Counted from the stretch's first letter, positions 1 to 13,770 are shown. The stretch is 64,000 nucleotides of DNA from Eledone cirrhosa (GCA_964016885.1 OZ024741.1:239754001-239818000); one strand, 5' to 3'. Numbers and translations are program-made. Notes: generated by a model not told the origin, from the letters alone.

Positions 1-996
1 ATCTGCTGTATCACAGGAATCTGTTCTTGGCCCCCTTTTGTTTGTGGCATATATTAATGACATAGATGCCAACTTAAAGAATGCCACAGTACTGAAATAT
101 ACAGATGACATCAAGCTGTACCTTGAGATAAAAAGGACCGATCCTGAACACTATAGATCTTACTTGCAATCTGACCTGGACACAATACAACAATGGATCA
201 CAGACTGGCAACTCAAGCAGGCTGTGGACAAGTGCACCACCATGCATTTTGGGAGTAAAAACCCAGCGTCCACATACTCCCTCCACAACAGTAATATGAA
301 GAAGTCTTCTTGTGAACGTGACCTGGGCATTACGGTCAACAGCGATTTGCGTTGGATGAGGCAAGTCTCTAAAATTGTCAAGAAGGCCGAGGGTGTTTTA
401 GCATCACTCAGCAAGACCTTTGGCAGCTGCTCTCCAGCTATCTATTTAAAGCTGTATATAGCTATGGTGCGGCCACACTTAGAATTTGCATCACCAGTCT
501 GGAAATCCTATCTTGCTCAGAACATTGACTGCAACCAAGCGAATACCCTCCATCAGGCATCTACCATACTCTGAACACCTTGCTTCCCTGGGCATGGATA
601 CATTGAAGCTCCGACGTCTGGCAACTGACTTGGTAAACATCCACAAAATTACTAACCATCTTGCCAACAACAACCCTGAGTACCTTTTTGATTTCCATGT
701 GTCTAACATATGTGGGCATGCCCACAAAGTCAGAAAACAGCACAGCTCCCATGACTTTCGGAAACATTTTTTTCACGCTCAGAGTTGCTGAAGCATGGAA
801 CAAAAAACCTCCATGCTTCCTGAGATTCGCCAACACTACACCTAATATTCCCCCTCCATACACACATGCACATGTATATAATGACTCATACACTATTCAC
901 TTCCCTGACATTTGTATATTATTCTATGTACTATACATGCACCTTTGGTGAGTTGTAGTGCACCTGAGCACTGTACACAATAATTTCATTATTATT
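1..996 (+). mobile_element. CR1/L2-clade LINE, 3' portion (degenerate RT C-terminus, 3' UTR, short (ATT)n tail)
   Basis: Translates to SVLGPLLFVAYIND...KYTDDIKLY...ERDLGI...YIAMVRPHLEFASPVW, then a frameshifted LKLRRL...F..RVAEAWN; ends in ttcattattatt. Confidence 0.85.
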
Positions 997-3900
997 GTTC
1001 TTTGAGTCTCAGTCATTGATGTTAGTTAACTGGAAAGTTTGTTGAAATGAATATCAAGCCATTACCTGCAGCCTCAGATATTCAGGACGTATCGGAGGGT
1101 TCTTGCTGTTCCCAGCAAGCGTGCCTTTTGAAGCGTTCCAAAAAGCATGGCGGGGCCAATTTTCTTTAACCATCCCTGGAAACCTTTTGAGATAGTACCT
1201 AGTGCGCCTATGACAATCGGGACCACTTTGACTTCATGGCAGTTCCAAATCCTTTTTACCTCGCACTTTAAGTCCTGGTATCGGTTAATTTTCTCCCTCT
1301 CCTTCTCTTTCACTCTCGTGTCGAATGGGCAGGCCACATCCACAATCAGGCACAATATTTTTTCCTTGTCCAAAACCACCAGGTCAGGTCTATTGGGTTC
1401 CAGTTTCTTGTCCGTCTGTATCCTAAAATCCCACAGCACCTTTACCTGATCGTTTTCTATCACCGACTCTGGCTCATGCTCATACCACTTCTCAGAATGT
1501 GGTAAATTGTTTACTTTGCATAGGTGCTAGTGGATTACCCTGCCCATCACATGATGTCTCCAGCCTTTATAGTGAGTCTGGGCTAAGTGTTTACACTCGG
1601 ATACAATGTGAGCCACAGTCTCCTCTCTCTCTCCACAGATCCGGCACAGTGGGCTAGCCTCCTCCTTGTAAATATGGTGTTTCAGCCACTTTGTTTTGAG
1701 GGCCTGCTCTTGTGCAGCCATTAGCGTTCCTTCTGTAACCTTTTCAAGGTCTCCTCTTTTCAACCAGTTCCATGTCTGTGGATCTCTGAATTCAGTTTTC
1801 TCAAAGAAGGTACTATGAAGGGATTTTTCATGAAGGTTGCTCTTTCTCCTTGTTATTATTTCCTCCTTGGACATCCCCTGGTCTATTGTCCTCTCCTTCA
1901 GTACAATTCTGAGCATTGGCTCCCTACTATCAGTCACGTATTTGTGTAGGTTGTTTTTCTCCATCTGAACACAGTCCTCTATGCTGATAAGACCTCTTCC
2001 ACCTTCAGATCTCCTTAAGTAGAGTCTATCGACATCACTCCTCTTGTGGAACATGTTGTAGATAGTCAATAGCTTCCTAGTCTTCCTATCCATTTCTTTT
2101 TGTTCAGCAACATTCCATCTCAGAATTCCCGCACTGTACCTAATAATAGACACAGCTCGGGAATTTACTGCATTTATGGCATTCCTACTGTTCAGATGTG
2201 ATTTTAATATGCTCCTTACTCTCCGAATGTATTCAGATCTTATCAATTCCTTCATTTTTTGTTCTTGATGTCATCAGCCTCCAGAACACCCAAATACTTG
2301 TATCCTTCTTCAGTGTCAATTTCCTTTATCATCTCACCTGTTGGTACCTGGATTCCGTTGCTTCTGCTCAATTTACCCCTCTTCATCACAAGGCCTCCAC
2401 ACTTACTAATACCAAATTGCATACATATATCATTGCTTAAAATACGGACAGTGTCAATAAGCACATCCAACTCCTTCTCAGTCTTCCCGAAGAGCTTAAG
2501 ATCGACCATGAAGAGGAGGTGATTGATGGTAAGCTCTCCCTTTCCCAACTTGTATCCTGCTCTCACTTTTCGCAGTATAATGGTCAGGGGCATCAAGGTA
2601 AGGACAAACAACAGAGGGGACAGACTATCTCCCTGGAAGATACCTCTCTTGATCTCCACGCCTCCCAAGGATTCTCCAGCTGATGTTAATTCTGTTTCCC
2701 AGGACTTCATACTTTTGCTCAACAACTGTCTGATGTTATCTGCCACCTTGAAGATCTCTAGGCTTTTGGTGATCCAAGAATGAGGCACCATGTCAAATGC
2801 CTTTTTGTAGTCTATCCATCCCATGGCAAGAACCAGTGTGGCTCCTCTTGCAATTCCTCATTACCATCTTATCAATAAGTAACTGGTCCTTTGTACCACG
2901 GGACTTCTTTCAGCATCCTTTCTGTTCATCCGGTAACAAGTTGTTTGTGTGGAGGTGATGGTAGATTTCCTCAGACACAATGCTTGTCAACAGTTTCCAC
3001 ATTACGGACAGACATGTGATAGGTCTATAGTTGGTAACATCATTACCCTTGATTCGGTCTTTCATTACCAGGACTGTGGTACCTTTTGTCAACCTCTCTG
3101 GTACCTCACCTGACATCAAGCAGTCATTGAACATGGTTGTCAGTTTCGGGTGGAGGGATGTTATATTTTTAATCCAATACCCCTGCACACCATCTGGGCC
3201 TGGTGATTTCCAGTTGGTTAGTTTTTTGGCCTGCCCCTTAAGAGTTTCAACTGTGATACTCAAATCAGTTTGTTGGTGTGCCTGTTCACTAATCTCCTTT
3301 TGTACTGTCTCAATCCACACTGCCTGGTCATTATGTTTAACATCCTGCTCCCATATTCCTCCCCAGAATGTCTTAGTTTGTTCCGCCTCAGGGATCAAGT
3401 CGTTGCCTCTTTCTTTCCCTTCAAGCTGTCCAAACAACATTTTCTGGTTGTTGTCAAACATGCGGTTCTGTCTATACTGACTGACTCTGCTCTCGTATTG
3501 CCTAATTTTTGCACTCTTTGCTACAATGCGTTGCTTCAGTTCCTCTATGATAATATTTAGCTTTTACCTCCTAGTTTTGTACTTTATTTCCAGTCTATTT
3601 TTAGTGTCTATGTTTTTTAGTGTCCCATTCAGTAGGGACTCAAGCTTTCCAATGTCATTTCTCATTTCCTTGATTTGACCATTCAGTCGTTTCTTCCACC
3701 AAGGTTCTGATCTTTCTTGTTTGCTGTTTCCTCTCGCTTTTATGCCAAGTAATTTCCTCACCGCATTTGCTGTTGCTTTGAGGATATTGTTGCACTGGTG
3801 AAGGCTCCTCGCCTCAAGGTATGGGATGACTTTGTTTACCTTAGCTGTTGTTTCTTTTAACTTTTTCCTGTCTACAAATCTTAGGTTCATAGGTTTCCCA

Positions 3901-4870
3901 CTATCATTGTTCATTTCATCTACCACTAAGTTTAGGATATCAACCAAATCTTGTCCTAGCCCGTCAGCATTCATTTCCTCAATGGCCATACATTGCCCAC
4001 TGGCTCATTTGCCTGGCATACTCCACTCTCCATTTCCAACCTAATCTCACTGCTCAGTTCCTCCAGTTCCAGCTCGCATATCCACCCATTAGTTCTTATT
4101 ACCCGAGCCTGCCCGGCCAATTTTTGTTCATCTAATTTAAATAGACCAATCTCATTCCAGATGTTATGCATCCGTTTCCTATAGCCTTTTTCCTTGGGGT
4201 TACTCTTCAGGTAACATTGCATAGCAGCTCTATTCAATTCTTTCGTCCAGTTGGTTCTGGTCCCTTTCATTCTTCCTCTTCCTCCAACACCAGCAGTATT
4301 TGGATGACAGCCAGGTCCCTGCTGCTGGGCCAGGGAGCACCTGCTGGGTGAGAGTCTGTCACATGACATTGCAGTCTCCACTTCACCGTTATTTGAACTG
4401 TTTAGGTTCGACATTTAAGCACTCATATCGAGGATTGGTGAATGTATGGTTACATAACTACCGGTGATTTCATCACCCCCAGTGATTTCATCACCCCCGG
4501 TGATTTTAGCGTGGCACCATCACGCTGTAGACGAACATACATAAACAAACAAACAAATAGATAAAAACCTAAAAAAACACCAAAAACACCAAAAACAAAC
4601 ACAAGTTTCATTGTATTGTTTGAATGTCTGACTTAGTTTTTCTTTCCTTTTTCTCTCTCCCTTTTTTGTTTGTTTTTCTCCTTTGCGTTTTTCGTTTTAC
4701 AAGGCCAGTAACATCGGTTATTAGTGTTGTTGTTGCTGCTGCTGCTAAGGGAAGTAGGGGTTGTTGTGTTCAAAACTTTTGAAACCCGTGTCCGTTTTCG
4801 ACTATAATTTTTTCTATAATTTTTTTTCCTTTTCATCTCTACGTGGCCGACACCACAAAGCACCTGCAAC
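997..4870 (-). mobile_element. R4/Dong-like non-LTR retrotransposon (RT + CCHC + restriction-like endonuclease), near full length, ORF disrupted
   Basis: Consecutive minus ORFs 4414->1074: N-terminal RTNWT..YRKRM..W..EQKL, RT (NYRPITCL, WIDYKKAFD, GIFQGDSLSP, HLLFMVDLKL), CRICGEREETVAHIVSEC, RLE (LWDF..RPDLVV..IVDVACP..K..Y). 3' end abuts (AAT)n. The 5' boundary (4415-4870 as UTR) is tentative. Confidence 0.88.
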
Positions 4871-4995
4871 TCTTCTTCTTCTTCTTCTTCTTCTTCTTCT
4901 TCTTCTTCTTCTTCTTCTTCTTCTTCTTCTTCTTCTTCTTCTTCTTCTTCTTCTTCTTCTTCTTCTTCTTCTTCTTCTTCTTCTTCTTCTTCTTC
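4871..4995. repeat. (CTT)n microsatellite
   Basis: Perfect CTT run of about 125 bp. Confidence 0.98.
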
Positions 4996-6360
4996 TGTGG
5001 GCTCTTAGAAAACTAAGAGTAGATGAGTGGCTTGTGAAAGCTATACAATCCATGTATAGCGGAACAGTTAGCAAGGTTAGAATTAACAATGACTATAGTG
5101 ATGAATTTAGCATACAGGTAGGTGTGCATCAGGGCTCTGTCCTTAGCCCACTCCTGTTTATTATTGCCTTACAGGCTATAACAGAAGAGTTTAAGACTGG
5201 CTGCCCATGGGAACTTTTGTATGCAGATGATCTAACTCTCATAGTTGAAACTATGGCAGATTTAGAGAAGAAATTCCAAACCTGGAAGCATGGGCTAGAA
5301 TCAAAAGGTCTTAAAACTTGTTAAGACTAAAACTCCTAGTATGTAGAAAGAAAAATAGGGCCCAGATTCCCACTGGAAAATGTCCTTGCTTTGTGTGCAG
5401 GAAAAGAATAGGTAGAAATTCTATTCTATATCCCAAATGCAGTGGGATCACAGGCATGCTATCCAAGAACATAGGTTTTATATGCAGCCGATGCTCAGGT
5501 GCAGTAAGTGGCAAATGCCCACAAGATACTAGCTCCTTCAAATTCCCTAAAGGCTCTATAGAAATAGTTGGCAATTTCTATTACTTGGGTGATGTAATCA
5601 GCAGTGGAGAAGGGTGTTCCGATAGTACAGTAGCCAGAGTAAGAACGGGATGGAAGAAGTTCAGTGAGCTACTACCACTGTTAGCTACAAAAGATTTTCC
5701 CCTTAAATTGAAGGGAAGACTGTACGATGCATGTATACGAACATCAATGCTGCACAGTAGTGAGACTTGGGCACTGTGCGCAGAGGACCTGAGAAGATTG
5801 GAAAAAAATGAAGTATGCATTCCCCAATGGATGTGTAATAGTAATATATACGAATGGCAAAGTGAACTGAACTAAGAGAGAAATTAAGCATAAAAGGGAT
5901 CAGATGCAGTATACTAGAAAGGAGATTGCATTGGTATGGTCATGTGATGCATATGAAGGACGACAGTTATATAAAAAGGTGCAGGATGATCAAAATTGAT
6001 GCAAGCTATGGAGTAGGAAGACCCACGAAGACCTGGGACGAGGGGATAAAAGCTAACCTTGCGCAATTGCACCTCTCAAAGACAATGATACAGGATTGAG
6101 ATCTTTGGCGTTATGCAGTAATACAGAAGACATGCCTTCCCATGTACATGGACTCAAACACACATCTTGTAGGCACCTCTTAACCACTATACTTCCTTCC
6201 ATACATCCCCACGTCCCTACACCCACCCACCCCAATCCAGTCCATGCCACCCTTACACTGTAAAATTATGTTGGTATCACAAAAAGCATCCAGCCCACAC
6301 TGTAAAGTGGTTGTGTAGGTGTCATGATAGAAAGCACCATCACTGTAAAGTGATCATGTA
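4996..6360 (+). mobile_element. RTE LINE family A, 5'-truncated and degenerate, with part of 3' UTR
   Basis: WALRKL..VGVHQGSVLSPLLF..ELLYADDL, degenerate Cys-rich finger, RTGWKKF..SETW; frameshifts. Confidence 0.9.
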
Positions 6361-6362
6361 GG

Positions 6363-6795
6363 TCATCATCATCATCAACGTTTTACATCCATTCTTCCAT
6401 AATTGCATGTGTTAGACGGGTTGTCCTGTTGTGGGCAATGCCAGGTAAGGTGACCATGTCTTGCTCATACAGAACTGATTTTGGCTTGATTTCTACAGTT
6501 GGATGCCCTTCCTAACACCAACCTTATTTACAGTGAGTAGTGTGTGCTTTTTACTGTGGTGCCTACATGACCACTTTACAGTGTGGGCTGGGCGCTTTTC
6601 TGCTGTGGCACCTCCACGACCAGTTTGCAGTGGGAGGGGGTGGGGGCATTCTCTATATGCTTCAGCTTCGACTTGTACCCATGGGAAGTTGGGTCTTCTG
6701 TATTACTGCATGATGCCAGAGGTCACGGTCCTGTGTCATCGCCTTTGAGAGGTGCAATTGGGTAAGGTCGACTTTTATCACCTCATCCCAGGTCT
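6363..6795 (-). mobile_element. RTE family A 3' end and 3' UTR with (GAT)n tail
   Basis: TWDEVIKVDLTQLHLS..DRDLW; aggaagggcatcc motif; (CAT)n on + strand. Confidence 0.8.
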
Positions 6796-6837
6796 CCCCA
6801 CTCCATGGATTCCATATATATATATATGGAATCAGTT

Positions 6838-7130
6838 CCCGTCCTACCCTTGCAAGCAGGGAAAAGCGGACGTAAAATGATGATGATGATGATGATGATG
6901 ATATATATGGGTAATATATATACATATATGGGTAATACATATATATATGGATAATATATATATATATGGGTTATATATATATATATATATATGGGTTATA
7001 TATATATGGGTTATATATATATGGGTTATATATATATATATATATATATGGGTTATATATATATATATATATGGGTTATATATATATATATATGGGTTAT
7101 ATATATATGTGGGTTATATATATATATACT
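6838..7130 (+). repeat. Extreme 3' stub of RTE family B with (GAT)n tail, followed by a (TA)n-GGGT minisatellite
   Basis: cccgtcctacccttgcaagcagggaaaagcggacgtaaaatgatgat matches the family B end; then repeated atatatatgggtt units. Confidence 0.85.
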
Positions 7131-7150
7131 AGCTAATACTAGCATATATA

Positions 7151-7879
7151 CTAGCTAAACTACCCATCCTTTGGACGGTTCAAGTAGCTTTCGATGTAGC
7201 TCATTAAACTAAACAAAGTAAATTTGAATACATAGAAGAAAAACATACTTTATTTAAACATGAAAACCTTAGGTACTATTCCAGCGAAATAATTAATATG
7301 TGAGCTCGGTGTCATCCATTATACCATGTAACAACAGAAATCCAGTTTAGGTATACATTTTTTTGACAACAGTAAAAGCGCATCATGAAATAGAGGAGTG
7401 AAGTGAATAATAGACACTATTATGTACAAAGCATAATATTGTAAAAGTTATGACATCACTTAATGTATGAACATCAAGCTTGAAACGATAAATTATACAA
7501 TGTCAAATCTATAACTTAACTTAGTAATCTGTTAGAAATTGCTGGTTGTGAAATATACAAAATGATATTGTTAGTCTCAAGGAAACGTACCTTTTGTTTC
7601 AAGTACAAAGAGTAAATTAAAATCCGAATTACGAAAGATAACTCTTGGCTTACTTAATTACGAAAATTGACACAAATAACCGAAATTTTTTAATGTCTCC
7701 AAAGGCCTCAATATCGATTTTTGAAAGTCTTTGTAGATCTTGTACAGGTTTTGTGCAAGGAGAAGCTCTGTAAAAAATTTCAAAGAAATCGCATGAATGG
7801 TTTAGAATATATGAGCCCTCATTAAAAATTGTCCACACACACATACAGAAAACTTTGTCATTATATATATATATACAGA
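7151..7879 (-). mobile_element. Non-autonomous Helitron-like element
   Basis: Minus strand reads A|TCTGTATATATATATATAATG ... degenerate hairpin ... CTAG|T; no TSD. Confidence 0.55.
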
Positions 7880-8299
7880 TATGGGTAGACAGACAGATAG
7901 ATTTCTGATTTCTGAAAGGCTACATGGATTCCTAAATACTTTCAACCTGTCCCAGTCATTCATAGATATTATTTCTCTCCTCTTGCAGGTATCTGCCTTC
8001 CTCAATTTCAAAATGTCCTGTTCACATCGTTTATTTTTTATTGTTGTTACTCCTAAATCTCCTATGATTATATACGCGTGCTGGCTGCCTATCTCACAAT
8101 TTCCCTCCCTCTCGCCCCACCCCCCTCACGACCAATCAAACCTCAACCCATTATCAGCCCCAACAAACACTGCTATTACTACTACTACTACTGCACTTCT
8201 AGCCCTTACCAGCCCCAACAAACTCTGCCATTACTACTACTGTCCTTCTAGCCCTGCACTAAATAATAATAATTCTTTTACTGATATCTATGGATGAGC

Positions 8300-11200
8300 T
8301 GAGGATAAATGGAACAACCCCGAATTAATAAATGAATATGAATCGACGAGCTACCAAACACCCATGCAAAGCTTTAATCCAGAGACAGGAAGCATATACA
8401 CTCCCCCACAAAAATTCTCCCCATTCTACGAGTGATGGCAAATATCCAAAACTCCGAGTTGGAACCATCAATGTAAGCACAATGAAAGGAAGAGCAGGAG
8501 AAATTGTAGAGATGCTAGAGCAAAAGGAAATTGATGTATACTGTGTGCAAGAGACTAGATGGAGAGGAGAGTCCGCTAAAGTTCTCATAGGCAAAAGTCA
8601 ATGCTACAAATTTTTCTGGGTGGGAAATGACAATGGGATGGGAGGTGTAGGTATTCTTCTAGCTGACAAGTGGGTAGATAAAGTAATCTCAGTGAACAGG
8701 GTGAATGCAAGAATCATTAAACTCAGACTAGTCCAGAATAAAACAATTGCCACAATAGTATCAGCTTACGCACTCCAATCGGGGTGGCCAGACAAACTTA
8801 AGGATATATTTTATGACTCCCTAATGTACACTACTGTCCTAACAAATGACAATGACTTCCTAATCATTGCAGGAGATTTTAACAGACATGTTGGTAAACA
8901 CTGTGACGGCTTCTATAAAGTTCATGGAGGCCACGGGTTTGGCACAAGAAATGAAGAAGGCTTCAGGCTTCTGGAATTCTGCGACGCCAATGACATGTCG
9001 ATATGTAACACAAACTTCAAAAAACCCGACAACCATCTGATCATCTATAGATCAGGGGAGCATTCTAGTCAGATAGATTTTATCCTCATCAGAGGGCGTG
9101 ATAGATGGACGGTTGTAAACACAAAAGCCTTCCCTGGTGAGGAATGTACCTCCCAACATAACTTAGTTGTCAGCAACCTCACTGTCAAAACTAGACGAAC
9201 TTGGAAACAGAAGGCAACCTGGAGAAGAAAGATCTGGAAGCTGAAAGACCCCTCAGCCAGTAACAGATTTAAAGATAGTTTACTCGACGCCTATGACAGT
9301 AAAGAAGAACAAATAGAGACATTCAATGTAGAAGAGCACTGGGAGTTCCTAAAAAATAACCTACTAAAGGCGATGGACGATATCTGTGGTTGGAGCAAGT
9401 CTTCAGGGAGGAGGAGAGTGACTTGGTGGTGGAACAATAAAGTAGATGAGGCAGTTAAGGCTAAGAGACAGGCATGGAAAGAATGGAAGAATGGGGGAAG
9501 CAGGGTACATTACATAGAGACCAGGAGGGAAGCTAGGTGTTCGAGATTGTGAGGCAGTGTGTCAGAGAGAATTGTGATGTCATTGGAGAGAAGTGTATCC
9601 GGAATGATAAAGGTGAGCTTGCCCTCACAAGTGCCGAGAAGAAAGCTGCGTGGAAGAACCATTATGAAAGATTACTAAATGAGGAGAATGCATGGGAAAA
9701 AGAGACCCTACCCCAAGTGAACCCTATAGAGGGGCCAGCAGTAGAAGTCAGCAGCAGCATAGTAAGTAAGGCAATCAAAGATATGAAGACAGGGAAGGCA
9801 ACCGGTCCATCGGGTATAGCTGCCAAGATGCTGAAGACATCTGTGTCGGTAGGTCACACCATAACCACACAACTTGTTAACCAGGTAATACTAGAGGGTA
9901 TCATACCAAAGGATTGGTGCAGCAGCATCATTGTCAACTGCTACAAGGGTAAAGGTGATGCACTAGATAGAGGAAACTATAGAGGTATAAAGCTGATGGA
10001 CCAGGTCATGAAAGAAACTAGATGAGATGCAATTTGGGTGTGTACCAGGAAAAGGCACCACTGATGCCCTCTTCTTTGTGAGGCAGTTACAGGAAAAGTA
10101 CCTAGCTAAGAGTAAGCCGCTCTAGTTGACATTCGTCGATCTGCAAAAAGCCTTCGACAGAGTCCCCCATGCTATAATCTGCTGGGTTCTTAGAAAACTA
10201 GGAGTAGATGAATGGCTTGTGAAAGCTGTACAAGCCATGTATAGAGGAGCAGTCAGCAAAGTTAGAGTTAGCAATGACTATAGTGAGGAATTTAGCATAC
10301 AGGTCGGTGTTCACCAGGGCTCTGTTCTTAGCCCTCTTCTGTTCATTATAGGTTTGCAGGCTGTAAAGGAGAAGTTTAAGACTGGATGCCCATGGGAACT
10401 CCTATATGCGGATGATCTCACACTTATAGCTGAATCTATGGTGGAACTAGAGAAGAAATTCCAAACATGGAAGCAGGGACTAGAAAGAAAGGGTCTTCAA
10501 GTCAACCTGACAAAGACTAAGGTTCTTGTAAGCAGACGAGAAAACAGAACCCAGATCCCCTCAGGGAAATGGCCTTGCTCAGTATGTAGGAAAGGTGTAG
10601 GTAGGAACTCCATCCTCTGCCCAAATGCAAACAATGGGTACACAAGAGATGTAGCGGGATCTCAGGAAGCTTAACTAAGAATGTAGGCTTCATATGTAGC
10701 TAGCCGCAAAAGGCTTTTCCCTCAAAATGAAAGGCAGACTGTATGATGCGTGTACGAACAGCAATGTTACATGGTACTGAGACCTGGGCACTGTCTGTAG
10801 AAGACTTGCGCATATTAGAAAGAAACGAAGCTTGCATGCTCCGTTGGATGTGTAATAGTAATATACGTGAACGGCAAAGCATAAATGAACTGAGAGAGAG
10901 ACTGAATATAAGAGGAATCAAATGCTGTGTGCAGGAAAGGAGGTTACGTTGGTATGGACATGTGATGTGTATGAAGAATGACAGCTGCATAAAAAAGTGC
11001 AGAGCACTAGAAGTGGATGGAAGCTGCGGAGTGGGGAGACCCAAGAAAACCTGGGATGAGGTGATAAAAGCCAACCTTACCCAATTGCACCTCTCAAGGG
11101 CGATGACACACGACTGTGACTTCTGGCGTCATGCAGTAATACAGAAGACCCGACTTCCCACAGGAACAAACCGAAGCTGAAACATATAGACAATATGCCC

Positions 11201-11590
11201 CCACCCCCTTCCACTGCAAACTGGGAGTTGGCTCAACTTATAATTTTCTATTATAAGTTGAGCCATCTTATGCAGCTTCATATGCAAATGAGATTAATCA
11301 CCTCATTTACATGGACGAGAAAACTATATATTCTTGACTGTTTTCAAGTCCAGCAGTCGTCGCAAGCGGTGGGAGGGACTGTCCTGACGAAGGCCAGTCA
11401 AGCCTGAAATGCATAGATAGTTGGCCCCCTTGCTTCTGCTGGACACCACCAGAGGGTGTTAAAAAAGCACCCAGCACTCACTGTAAATTAGGTTGGTGTT
11501 AGGAAGGGCATCCAGCTGTAGAAATCAAGCCAAAATCAGTTTCCGTCCCACCCTTGCAAGCAGGGAAAAGTGGACGTAAAATGATGATGA
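8300..11590 (+). mobile_element. RTE LINE family A, near full length (APE endonuclease + RT), internal deletions and stops
   Basis: ORF 8332-9552 APE (GTINV, CVQETRW, IAGDFN, SQIDFIL, SQHNLVV); RT fragments 9537-10674 (YADD); C-terminus 10743-11180; 3' UTR interrupted at about 11225-11460. Confidence 0.93.
11378..11421 (+). ncRNA. Minimal type-I hammerhead ribozyme
   Basis: actgtc-CTGACGA-aggc(cagtcaa)gcct-GAAA-tgca-TA-gatagt; 6-bp stem I, 4-bp stem II, palindromic stem III loop, intact core. Confidence 0.85.
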
Positions 11591-11592
11591 TG

Positions 11593-12330
11593 CTCCGTCG
11601 GATGTGTAATAGTAATATACGCGAATGACAAAACATAAATGAACTAAGTGATAAATTAGGAATAAGAGGGATCAGGTGCTGTTTACTTGAGAGAAGAGTA
11701 CGTTGGTATAGTCATGTGATGCACATGAAAGACGACAGCTGTATAAAAAAGTGCAGCGCGATCAAAATTGATGGAAGTTACGGAGTAGATAGACCCAGAA
11801 AAACCTGGGACGATTTGATAAATTCCAACCTTTCACACTTGCACCTCTCTAAGACAATGTCACTGGATCGAGATCTTTGGTGCTACGCAGTAATACAGAA
11901 GACCCACCTTGCCTATGTACAAAGTGAAACCCACAGTCAGTAGGCACCTCTTAACCAAATATACACCCCAATCCACTACCCCTTCTCCATCCTCCCACTC
12001 CCACCAACATCACCCTTTCTCTGTAAAGTTGGTACCACAACATCCAATCCAAATAAATGAGATAAATGAGATTGAGATCGAGATCGTGTAGGTGTCACGA
12101 CAAAAAAACACACCGTCCACGCTGTAATGTGGCCGTGTAGGTAACACGGTAAAAAGTTCCCAGTTCCATACGGTAAATGTGGTTGGTGTTAGGAAGGGCA
12201 TCCTGTCGTAGAAAACCTGCCAGACAGTCCAATATGAGCGAGACATGGTCACCTGACCAGCCATGCCTCAAGTGGGACAATTCCCGTCTAAACCCATGGA
12301 AGATAGACGTTAAACAATGATGATGATGAT
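11593..12330 (+). mobile_element. RTE family A 3' fragment with 3' UTR and (GAT)n tail
   Basis: HVMHMKDDSCIKK..GVDRPRKTWDD..; 3' UTR shared with 55650-56143. Confidence 0.85.
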
Positions 12331-12954
12331 GATATGGGTAATATATATATATATATATATAGAAATCAAGTAATATATAATGACATTGTACCTAATGATT
12401 GTTAAGGCAGCAGTATTGTCAACTGCTACATGGACAAAGGAGATGCACTGAACAGACCCTGAACAGCGGAAACTACAAAGGCACCAAGTTGATGGACCAG
12501 GTTATGAAAGTTACTGAAAGAGTTTGTAGTAAGCAATGGTACTATTTCATAGCTGCGGTATAAATTTGGTCGTGCTTTGTCACTCGCCAGCCTTTGGGGT
12601 TGGTGGCGTATGAATACAGAGGACGACTTCCGCCCAGCAGTTGCTTCGCACCTTTTTTCAGTTCTACCCACCAGTTGCAGTTTTCATTTCGTCGACACCA
12701 GACCTCACATGATGGCGTTACCGGTTGAATAACTAACAAGATGTAGCACTTAGCAAAATACTTTGGCCCTCATGACAAGGGCCCAGCAACATTCTTCCTA
12801 CCTAAACATATTTCACCCACATTTTCGCGCAACACAAATTCTCTCTTTCTTTGTTGTTCATATCTTTTGGCCATAACAAAATATTAATTCATGTGATTCC
12901 ATTGTGAAATACTTCACAATACCACTATGTATAATTAAAGACTTAGTGATATAT

Positions 12955-12956
<2 letters not shown>

Positions 12957-13007
<51 letters not shown>

Positions 13008-13445
13008 TGTTTTTATGTTTGTTTTTCCATGCTTGCATGGGTTGGACGAGTCCTTCTCAGCACAGTGTCTCTCCTTCATCATCTTTTCTGTGATTCTCAG
13101 TGATTTAAGATCAGCACTAACCACCTCTTGGTCTCCCTTGGTCGACCTCCACTGTGGCTTCTTTTTACTGGGATTTCCTGGCACTTCTTCACCCAGTGAT
13201 CATCAGCCATGTGCATCACATGTCCATATTAATGCAGTCTTCTCTCTAGCACACCATTTTGGATCCCTCTTAAATCCAGTTGCTCCCTCAGTTCATCCAA
13301 GTACTATCTTTCTCTCACATTTACATTGTACATCCAATGAAGTATGGTTGCTTCATTTCTCTCTAGCCTATGCGTGTCCTCTGCAGTCACAGCCCATGTT
13401 TCACTACCATGTAACATTGTGCTCTGTATACAGGCCGCATACAAT
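12957..13445 (-). mobile_element. Degenerate RTE 3' fragment with long (GAT)n tail
   Basis: Remnants of ETWA..ERNEA..RW..YGHVM; (CAT)n on + strand. Confidence 0.75.
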
Positions 13446-13649
13446 AAAACATACGCACTCACATTTACATTCCTTCTTGTTGTACTTCCTTTTAACTTCC
13501 TAATCTCCTTTGTCCTTCCTGCTCATATATTTGTGTGTGTGTTACATTTTTATATGCATCTTATATATATATATATATATATGTACATCTAACCCATGCT
13601 AGCATGGAAGAACGGACGTAAAAGGGTGATGATGATGATGATGATGATA

Positions 13650-13770
13650 AGAAAGAAAGTGTGGTAAGAAACCAGGTGGACCATAACACACCAGAGTACT
13701 CGATACTTAGGGTAGTAGCTATCGAAACAGCTGGAGCTGAGCTCTCCGGGGTCCTGACTTTTTCCTCTCT
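13650..13770. mobile_element. Penelope-type pLTR remnant: inverted tail joined to the 3' half of a hammerhead
   Basis: 13660-13718 is the reverse complement of 43778-43835; GAAAcagct..ggggtcctgactttttcct matches 25735-25776 (minus) and 43726-43767. Confidence 0.6.

Noticed and set aside
6900-7130. Telomere-like repeats
   Set aside because: GGGTT units are interspersed in TA runs and do not form TTAGGG arrays
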